DNA from: Eledone cirrhosa
Taxonomy: Eukaryota
NCBI GenBank assembly: GCA_964016885.1
Contig: OZ024740.1
Location: forward strand, 432,574,001-432,638,000
Length of the DNA stretch: 64,000 nucleotides
Reading direction: 5' to 3'
The notes beneath the pieces are model-generated. The model did no database searches. It had not been told where the DNA came from and saw nothing but the letters and a program-made list of their open reading frames with translations. Positions 54,856-64,000 of the stretch are shown here, piece by piece. The first letter of the stretch is position 1, and every line of letters starts with the position of its first letter. The translations under genes and the position numbers were made by a program.

Positions 54856-55914
54856 TGGCCGGTGTTCTGGTGCAATAAGTAGCAGCAAGTGCCCACAAAA
54901 TACTAGCTCTTTCAACTGCGCAGAGGGTTCTATAGAAATAGTGGACAGCTTCCGTTACCTGGGTGACAAAATCAGCAGTGGGGGAGGGTGCTCTGAAAGT
55001 ACAGTAGCTAGAGTCAGAACAGGTTGGAAAAAGTTCAGAGAGCTTATACCACTATTAGCTGCTAAAGGGTTCTCCCTAACAATGAAAGGCAGGTTGTACG
55101 ATGCCTGCATACGAACAGTAATGTTGCACGGCAGTGAGACCTGGGCATTGTGTGCAGAAGATATACGCAGACTAGAGAGGAACGAAGCTTGCATGCTCCG
55201 CTGGATGTGTAACAGTAATATACGTGAACGGCAAAGCATAAACGAACTAAGGAAAAAATTAGAGATAAGAGGGATCCGATGTTGTTTACTCGAGAGAAGG
55301 CTACGTTGGTATGGACACGTGATGCGCATGAAAGTCAATAGCTGTATAACAAAGTGCAGGGCAATAAAGATAGATGGTAGCCACGGAATAGGCAGACCTA
55401 GAAAAACCTGGGACGAGCTGATAAACTCCGACCTCACACACTTACACCTCTCCAAGACAATGTCACTGGACCGAGACCTTTGGCGGCACTCAGTAACAGA
55501 GAAGACCCGCCTTACCTAAATATATAGTAAAACCTACTCCAGCCAGTAGGCATCTCTAACAAAATACACCCCGTCCCACCACCACCACCCCCACCCCATC
55601 CACACCACCCCGCTCTATGTAAAGTTATGTTGGTGCCGCGCCATCCAGGCCGAAACAAATGAGATCGTGTAGGTGTCACGACAAAAAAACACACAGTCCA
55701 CGCTGTAATGTGGCCGTGTAGGCAACACGGTAAAAACCTCCCAGACCCACACTGTAAATGTGGTTGGTGTTAGGAAGGGCATCCAACTGTAGAAAACCTG
55801 CCAGACAGTCCTATGCGAGCAAGACAATCACTCTTGCCTCAAGTGGGACTACCCCCGTCCAAACCCATGCAAGCGTGGAACACGGACGTTAAACGTTGAT
55901 GATGATGATGATGA
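54856..55914 (+). mobile_element. 5'-truncated RTE LINE, near-copy of 53706-54746
   Basis: ORF 54941-55519; same 3' UTR. Confidence 0.95.
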
Positions 55915-55988
55915 ACTCTACTATATATATATAACACTACTATATATATAACACTAATACATATATAACACTACTATATATATAACAC

Positions 55989-56019
<31 letters not shown>

Positions 56020-56282
56020 ACACTACTATATATATATATATAATACTATATATATATATATATAACACTACTATATATATAACACTACTATATATACATA
56101 ACACTACTATATATATATAATACTACTATATATATATAATACTACTATATATATATAATACTACTATATATATATATATAATACTATATATATATATATA
56201 ATACTATATATATATATATAATACTATATATATATAATACTACTATATATATATAATACTACTATATATATATAATACTACT

Positions 56283-58060
56283 ATATTATAATGAAATGAC
56301 AGGAGGCTGGATTTGTGTAAATCCTTGAAAGGTTTATTATACTATGATCATTTCAATGACCGGGTTCCGTATGAATCCGGTGATATCATCAGGTATTCGA
56401 AATATAATACGTGAATGTAATAGGTAAAATCCATGGGGCTGAAAATCGAGACCCGAGGGCGACCGCTATTCTGTTCCTTCAACCTCAGCCGGTCGCCCTG
56501 GAGTGACGTGGCTAAATTTTATAGTATGCTACTACCGGTCAGATGAACGAAAACAGAAAGAGATGGGAGCATAGGTTAACGTCGATCCCATGACACAAGG
56601 TAAAAGAAAGAAAGAAAGGAAGGAGAAGAAGGGGGAAGAAAGAAGAAGAGAAGTCAGGGTTAATGTCAGCTAAAAGAGGAAGGTAACTACTACTGGTCAG
56701 ATATAGGCAAGCAAGAGGGGGAAGGAAGATAAGTCTGCGGGAGGAGAGGAGAGAAGGAAGGGAAGAGAGAAGTAGAAAAGTAAGGGTTGATGGCTACAAG
56801 AAGGAAGATAGAAAGGAAGAGGAAGAAAGGTCGATATTAATGTCAGACCACAGTCAAGCCAGGAGTGGCGCGAGAAAATTTTCACAGGGACCCGCATCTT
56901 AGCGGAGATGAATATATTGGGAGTCAGTGTTTTACAGTGTTTAGACTTCTAGGATGAAGTTAAAAAAATTTAATAATCAATATTCAATATTAAAGAGGTT
57001 AGAAAATTTAAAGTTCAACAGTTTAACAATTAATTATATAATAGTTCCGATTTGTTCTGTAATTTAAAGGTACTATTTGGCGGTTAAAACAACGGCCGCG
57101 CCCCGGGCCCCATGGCGAATTAAGCCACGCCGAGTATTTTCATTTACTGAAAGAAGGGGAAATTTATTTTTCCAAGCACTCCAGGTGAGCTCATTCGCCA
57201 GGGAGCTGGTCGCGCCGCCATTAAAACCCACCCAACAGTCCGACAGAAAGTTGGAACTTTAAAATTTAGCTTAGAGAAGTAAAAGAGTAATGGTTGATAG
57301 TTACAAGAAGGAAGATAGAAAGAGAGAGGAAGGAAGGTCGATATTAATGTCACACCACAGTCGGGCCAGGAGTGGCGCGACAAAATTTTCATCTTCCTTC
57401 TTGTAGCCATCAACCCTTACTTTTCTACTTCTCTCTTCCCTTCCTTCTCTCCTCTCCTCCCGCAGACTTATCTTCCTTCCCCCTCTTGCTTGCCTATATC
57501 TGACCAGTAGTAGTTACCTTCCTCTTTTAGCTGACATTAACCCTGACTTCTCTTCTTTCTTCCCCCTTCTTCTCCTTCCTTTCTTTCTTTCTTTTACCTT
57601 GTGTCATGGGATCGACGTTAACCTATGCTCCCATCTCTTTCTGTTTTCGTTCATCTGACCGGTAGTAGCATACTATAAAATTTAGCCACGTCACTCCAGG
57701 GCGACCGGCTGAGGTTTGAAGGAACAGAATAGCGGTCGCCCTCGGGTCTCGATTTTCAGCCCCATGGATTTTACCTATTACATTCACGTATTATATTTCG
57801 AATACCTGATGATATCACCGGATTCATACGGAACCCGGTCATTGAAATGATCATAGTATAATAAACCTTTCAAGGATTTACACAAATCCAGCCTCCTGTC
57901 ATTTCATTATAATATTTAACTCCGTAATAGCACCACCAACTACAAAAACAAAGACGGTTGAACTGCTTTACATTGAGTACTCTCTATATTATTGCATTAC
58001 GATTGACCATACGGAATAGACCAGCTCTATACAGTGGTGAACCTCAAACCTGAATAAATA
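56283..58060. mobile_element. Penelope-like fold-back element: ~525-bp inverted arms (56283-56809 / 57391-57915) with spacer and 3' extension
   Basis: Arms nearly identical; a hammerhead in each arm; inserted in the TA satellite. Confidence 0.8.
57802..57859 (+). ncRNA. Minimal type-I hammerhead ribozyme (mirror copy 56339-56396, - strand)
   Basis: Stem I ATAC/GTAT; CTGATGA; stem II accgg-ttc/gaa-ccggt; GAAA-T-GATC-A-TA; AATAAA follows. Confidence 0.8.
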
Positions 58061-58173
58061 TATAATACTACTATATATATATAATACTACTATATATATA
58101 TATAACACTACTATATATATATATAACTACTATATATATATATAACTACTATATATATATATATATATAACAC

Positions 58174-58213
<40 letters not shown>

Positions 58214-58216
58214 CAC

Positions 58217-58247
<31 letters not shown>

Positions 58248-58307
58248 ACACTACTATATATATATATATATAACACTACTATATATATATATAACATTAC
58301 TATATAT

Positions 58308-60157
58308 CACTGGCTCTACTGTTGGCCCTCTAATTGATGAAAATGGCACTCTTCAAGACAATGCTAAAACCATGGGTGAGATACTGCAGAAACAATACTG
58401 CTCTGTTTTCAGCAATCCTGATATGGCCGATCTGGGCTGTATCGGCGATGTTACTCCCCATTACACCTTATCGGACATAACGTTTGGTGCCCCTGATGTC
58501 TTGGCGGCAATAAAGGAAATCAAGCATAATTCAGCAGTAGGTCCCGATAGGTTCCCTGCTTATGTCTTGAAGGCGTGTCAACACCAACTTGCATCTCCTC
58601 TTGCCAATCTGTGGCGGAACTCACTGGATGCTGGATATGTGCCAGAAAACCTATCCCAGTCTGTTGTCCCAGTTTTCAAAAAGGGAAACAAATCCCTTGC
58701 CGTGAATTACCGTCCAATCTCACTCACCTCTCATATCATTAAGGTATTTGAGAGAGTGGTGAGATCGCGAATGACCCACTTCCTTGAGAGTAACAATATG
58801 CTGAACTCCAACCAGCATGGATTCCGTAATGGAAGGGATTGCCTGACGCAGCTACTGCATCACTTTGATGACATTTTGAGAGCCTTGGGAGAGGGTTCCA
58901 ACACTGATGTTATCTACCTTGATTTCAGCAAGGCCTTTGACAGGGTTGATCATAACATTCTACTGAGAAAGCTGTCCAATATTGGTGTCACTGGAAAGCT
59001 GCTGCAGTGGATCAAGAGCTTCCTGTCAAACAGAACCCAACATGTTGTAGTTGAGGGAGTCAAATCAAGCCCAGCCAAAGTCAGTAGTGGGGTCCCACAA
59101 GGCACTGTGTTGGGCCCACTTCTCTTCATCATCTATATTAATGACATCACTGACATCATCAAACACAGCAACATTAAAATTTTCGCTGATGATTCCAAGC
59201 TCCAAAAGGTCATCAATGGCGTGGATGACCGGATAAGCCTTCAGTCAGACCTACTGGCTGTTACCCAATGGGCAGAAAAGAACAACATGTTACTGAACGA
59301 AGACAAATTCGAACTGATCCACTTTGGAAAAGAGGATGCTCTGAAACTCCCGTACTCCCTTCCCTCCGGGGAAACTCTCGTGGCATCTAACAACATCAGA
59401 GACTTGGGAGTAACCGTGGACAGCAACATAAGCTGGACCACGCATATAAGCAGCAAAGTTGACATGGCCCTCAGAATGTGTTCCTGGATCCTCAGAACCT
59501 TCCAGTCGAGAGATTCCCGCACCATTATCCTTCTCTTCTCTACTTTTGCCCGACCACACCTTGAATACTGTTGTCCACTGTGGTCTCCCCACACGAAACA
59601 AAGTATCATGAAACTTGAAGCTCCTCAAAGGGCAATCACGAAAAAGATAGATGGCATGTCAGACCTTGACTACTGGGGTCGATTAGAAAACCTGAAACTT
59701 TACTCACTCCAACGTCGCCGTGAGCGTTATATTATCTGCATGATGTGGAAAATGTTCCATCATCACTGCCCAAATGATGTTGGCATCGCCTTCAAGATAC
59801 ACCCAAGGCTTGGGCCCCGTGCTATCCGTCCCATTCAAAAATCTAAATCGCAACTCATAACAACAATACGGCACAATTATTTCACCTCAATCGGCCCTGC
59901 TCTCTTCAACATCACACCAGGACACGTCAAAACAGAAACTGACCACACAAAATTCAAGAAGTCTTTGGACAAATTCCTCCAAGTAATCCCGGACAAACCA
60001 CCCACACCCGGATATGTCTCCGCAAACAGTAATTCTCTTCTCGAATGGGCCATGGTGCCCAAATCCTGAATTGAAAGACTTCGCCAGGTGGTGCTATTAA
60101 GTTAGACATGGCCTGGGCCAATACTGGCCAAAACATTTCAAAGTTATTCAAAGTTAT
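58308..60157 (+). mobile_element. 5'-truncated CR1-group LINE with an uninterrupted RT ORF
   Basis: ORF 58372-60069: YLDFSKAFDRV, SGVPQGTVLGPLLF, FADD, RPHLEYC..WSP, LYSLQRRRER; short tandem tail (ttcaaagtta)2. Confidence 0.93.
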
Positions 60158-60427
60158 ATATAACTCTACTATATATATATATATATATAACACTACTATA
60201 TATATATATAGCACTACTATATATATAACACTACTATATATATATAACACTACTCTATATATATAACACTACTCTATATATATAACACTACTCTATATAT
60301 ATAACACTACTCTATATATATAACACTACTCTATATATATAACACTACTCTATATATATAACACTACTCTATATATATAACACTACTATATATATATATA
60401 TAACACTACTATATATATATATAACAC

Positions 60428-60460
<33 letters not shown>

Positions 60461-60462
<2 letters not shown>

Positions 60463-60735
60463 GGAGGTGAGTTTTATTGTAGTACAATAAAGCAATGCAG
60501 ATATCGGATAAGAAGCACTCTACAGTTTGTGGGACTGGAGTATGCATAATATAAGATCAAAAGATATGTTGATTTAAAACTGCACTATCAACAAGTGTTT
60601 TTTAGCCTTCATATCATGTTCTCCTGTTTTATCTGATGAAAACACAAATATTATTGTTTGATGATGTTTGTTTTTGAAATGCGCATAATAAAATATATGG
60701 AACTCCTTTAACCATCTTTTGATCTTATATTATAT
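60461..60735. mobile_element. Penelope-like terminus with inverted 3' extension, in (TA)n
   Basis: 60461-60565 is the reverse complement of ~25808-25912; 60565-60735 is a direct copy of ~25660-25826. Confidence 0.8.
60625..60695 (+). ncRNA. Minimal type-I hammerhead ribozyme, same family as 25720-25790
   Basis: Stem I TGTTTTAT/ATAAAATA; CTGATGA; stem II; GAAA-T-GCGC-A-TA. Confidence 0.82.
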
Positions 60736-61329
60736 ATATATATATAACACTACTATATATATATAACACTACTATATATATAACACTACTCTATATATAT
60801 AACACTACTCTCTATATATAACACTACTATATATATATATAACACTACTATATATATCTAACACTACTATATATATCTAACACTACTATATGTATATCTA
60901 ACACTACTATATATATATCTAACACTACTATATATATATCTAACACTACTATATATATATCTAACACTACTATATATATATCTAACACTACTATATATAT
61001 ATCTAACACTACTATATATATATCTAACACTACTATATATATATAACACTACTATATATATATATATAACACTACTATATATATATATATATATATAAAT
61101 ATAACACTAGTATATATATATATAACACTACTATATATATAACACTACTATATATATAACACTACTATATATATAACACTACTATATATATAACACTACT
61201 ATATATATAACACTACTATATGTATAACACTACTATATGTATAACACTACTATATGTATAACACTACTATATGTATAACACTACTATATGTATAACACTA
61301 CTATATGTATAACACTACTATATATAAAA

Positions 61330-63384
61330 TATGTAGTTTAGAAAGCCACAACAATGCAGATGGGAAATCTCGAGGTAGGAAGTGAGTAAGAAATAGGAGA
61401 AAAGTGAAAATTGAGAGAAACGAAAACAAAACAAAGGTAGAAGGATTACTGTAGTGGAGATTTAATCCCAATATTTCGGGCTCATGCCCATCAACGGGGC
61501 GAAAGTTCTAAAAGGGGGGGAACAGGCTAAGCCGGAGAAAGTTGTTGTAATGTCGTTAAAACATAGGAATGCCGTTATGGGGAAAAATTCAAACGAGGGA
61601 AAGAGTGCGCGTGCGCGTAATAGGCAAAATGTGGCAAAATGTGGCAAAAGCTACTGACCAATTGGGTTAGATCAATAGGGTGCGCTAGCGCGTGAAAGCC
61701 GTAAAATGTGTGTGTGTAACTGTGTGTATATGTGTATGTATGTGAGTGTGTGTGTGTGAAAGATAGTGGGCCGTAGAAGCTGGAATTCAAAGGGTGTGAA
61801 AGGTGGTAGGTTGTATAAACATGTGTGCGTGTATAAATATAGATGTGTGTGTGTGTGTGTATGGGTATACATATAAGTGCGTGTGTGTGAAAGATAGTAG
61901 GCCGTAGGAGCTGTTAATGGTCACTATGGTTAGATTAGCCATGTCAGTTCATTTCTCTCAGCCCGGTTGTTAAGTGGGGGTCCGAGGTTCTTAATAACAA
62001 GTGCTTCCTTTATCCTTAAGGATCCGATGCTGCGTTCAGTCGCTAGGACTGTGACCAAGGTTCTGCCCTGTGGGTTTCACCATTTAAGGATGTGTTTACG
62101 GAAGGAAGATGCGTTGGTGTTGCCATGTTCCTTGATACGAACATGTAGGGGTCGGATGGTGCTACCTATATAAAACTTGTTACATTTATCGCATTGAATC
62201 TTATATACGACATAGGTGCGTAGGCAATCTGCCTCCCCGTATTGGGCAGTTGTTGAGGGAACACGTCCCATCTGACTCGTCGAGTTTGGTGGAGAGGCAT
62301 CTTCGGAGCGAAGGTCCTGTGTGGGCCAAATGTATATCAAGTCCCTCCCTCCGTATGGCCCTGCGAATCGCGTTCGTGGTATATTCACTCAGGTGAGCGA
62401 TTTTAAAGTAGCACCTGCTTTTATCTAAGTTTCTAGTGGGTGTCTGTCTATTGGGTCTGGGGTCTCTAATTCCATTAATCAGTCACTTGGGATATCCATT
62501 AGACTTGAGTAGATTACGGAATTGCGTGGTATGGGTGAGACCACCCATCGGGTCGCTGCATCTATTAGTGATCTGTATAAGTTCATTTAGGACATAGCCT
62601 CTCTTAGCGTTGTTGGGGAGGGCTGAGTTGTAATGCACAAATAAGTCCTTGCACGCTGCCTTGCGGTAGAAGGTGGTGTTTATGTCTCCTTCTTCCGAGA
62701 TGTTGATACGGAAGTCGAGGAGGGCGAGTGACCCGTCTTCTTCAGGGTGTTCGATGGTGAAATCGACGTGATGGTCAATGTGGTTAAAGATTTGGTGAAT
62801 TTCATTCGCCATCTCCCGGGAAGAAGTGAGTATCAGTATGTCATCAACGTATCTGGAGTAGAAGGCGACGGCATTGGGTTGGCAGGTGTTGAGTGCCTTG
62901 CGTTCCAGGTGGTCCATGTACGAGATCGCAAGTATGCCGGACAGACTAGAGCCCATAGGTAGCCCAGAGATCTGTTTGTACGTGTGGCCGAGGAAATTAA
63001 AGAATGCATTATCTACAACGAAGGAGAGGAGTTGGTGGATGTCCGTGTGTGTGAGACCGAAGTAGTGTAAGTTAGATGATCGGACTCGTTCGGTTAACAG
63101 GTACGGAGGTATAAAGGGCGACCACATCAAGACTGAAGGCATATCCGTTGTCCTTTCTGGTGTTGGGCGCCAAATGGTGTAGTCGCTCCAAGACCTCCTT
63201 TGAGCTGCAGACGTGGGCTGGTAGTGTGTGTAGAATGGGTTTCAGTAGTGTGGAAAGCAGCCACGATATTTTGTAAAGTGGGCCCTCCACGCTAGAGACA
63301 ATGGGCCCGATTTTCAAATCGGGTCCTTGTTTATGGGTTTTCACCAGGTGGTAGAAGGTGGGTAGTTTGCTGTTTCTAGTCGTT
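61330..63384 (-). mobile_element. 5'-truncated, frameshifted Penelope-like element (RT + GIY-YIG endonuclease)
   Basis: FSLDVVALYTSVP, GLPMGSSLSGILA, RYVDDIL, TTFYRK, and VVYKIQCDKCNKFYIGSTIRPLHVRIKEH across ORFs 63072-63344, 62483-63142 and 62077-62388. Confidence 0.92.
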
Positions 63385-63414
63385 ATACTGTTTCTACTAC
63401 TATATATACTACTA

Positions 63415-63767
63415 TTCTGGCGTCACGCAGTAATACAGGGTACCCGACCTCCCATGGGTACATGCTGAAGCATATAAACAATATGCCCCCACTCCCCCCA
63501 CCGCAAGGTGGTCGTGGAGGTGCCACGGCAAAAAAGCACCCAGCCCACACTGTAAAGTGGACGTGTAGGCGCCACGAAAAAGTACCCAGCACTCACTGTA
63601 AATGAGGTTGGTGTTAGGAAGGGCATCCAGCTGTAGAAATCAAGCCAGATCAGTTCCTGTATGAGCAAGGCATGGTCAGCCGACCAGACACTGCCCACAA
63701 CAGGACAACCCGTCTAACCCATGCTAGCATGGAAGAACGGACGTAAAACGGTGATGATGATGATGAT
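63415..63767 (+). mobile_element. RTE LINE 3' end, near-identical to 47915-48264
   Basis: Direct match; (GAT)n tail. Confidence 0.9.
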
Positions 63768-64000
63768 ATATATATATATATAACACTACTATATATATAA
63801 CACTACTATATATATATATAACACTACTATATATAACTCTACTATATATATATAACACTACTATATATATATAACACTACTATATATATAACTCTACTAT
63901 ATATATATAACACTACTATATATATATATATATAACACTACTATATATATATATATATAACACTACTATATATATATATATATAACACTACTATATATAT
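63768..64000. repeat. (AACACTAC(TA)n) satellite continuing past the window end
   Basis: Seen directly. Confidence 0.95.

Overview
AT-rich, repeat-dominated animal genomic DNA with one 200-N scaffold gap at 30120-30319. A coleoid cephalopod such as an octopus is likely, inferred from the SINE/LINE repertoire and the (TA)n load but not proven. Two spliced host genes can be recovered by hand. The first is four consecutive + strand exons of TRAPPC8 (2597-11562), including a U12-type minor-spliceosome intron. The second is two - strand exons of an ENTR1/SDCCAG3-like gene (38802-42291). The rest is mobile and tandem DNA: many RTE-clade LINE copies whose ORF carries a PHD-type finger inside the RT region, a CR1-group LINE, an L1/Tx1 3' remnant, a Penelope-like element (RT + GIY-YIG), a non-autonomous Helitron with 207-bp internal repeats, tRNA-derived SINEs and several kb-scale mini/microsatellites. 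The most striking feature missed by the ORF track is a set of minimal type-I hammerhead ribozyme modules from at least four unrelated sequence families. Each reads CUGANGA-stem II-GAAA-U-palindromic tetraloop-A-UA, is followed by AATAAA, and most lie in fold-back (inverted-repeat) structures in or next to TA repeats, consistent with Penelope-like pseudo-LTRs. All homology calls come from remembered sequence features; no database searches were run.
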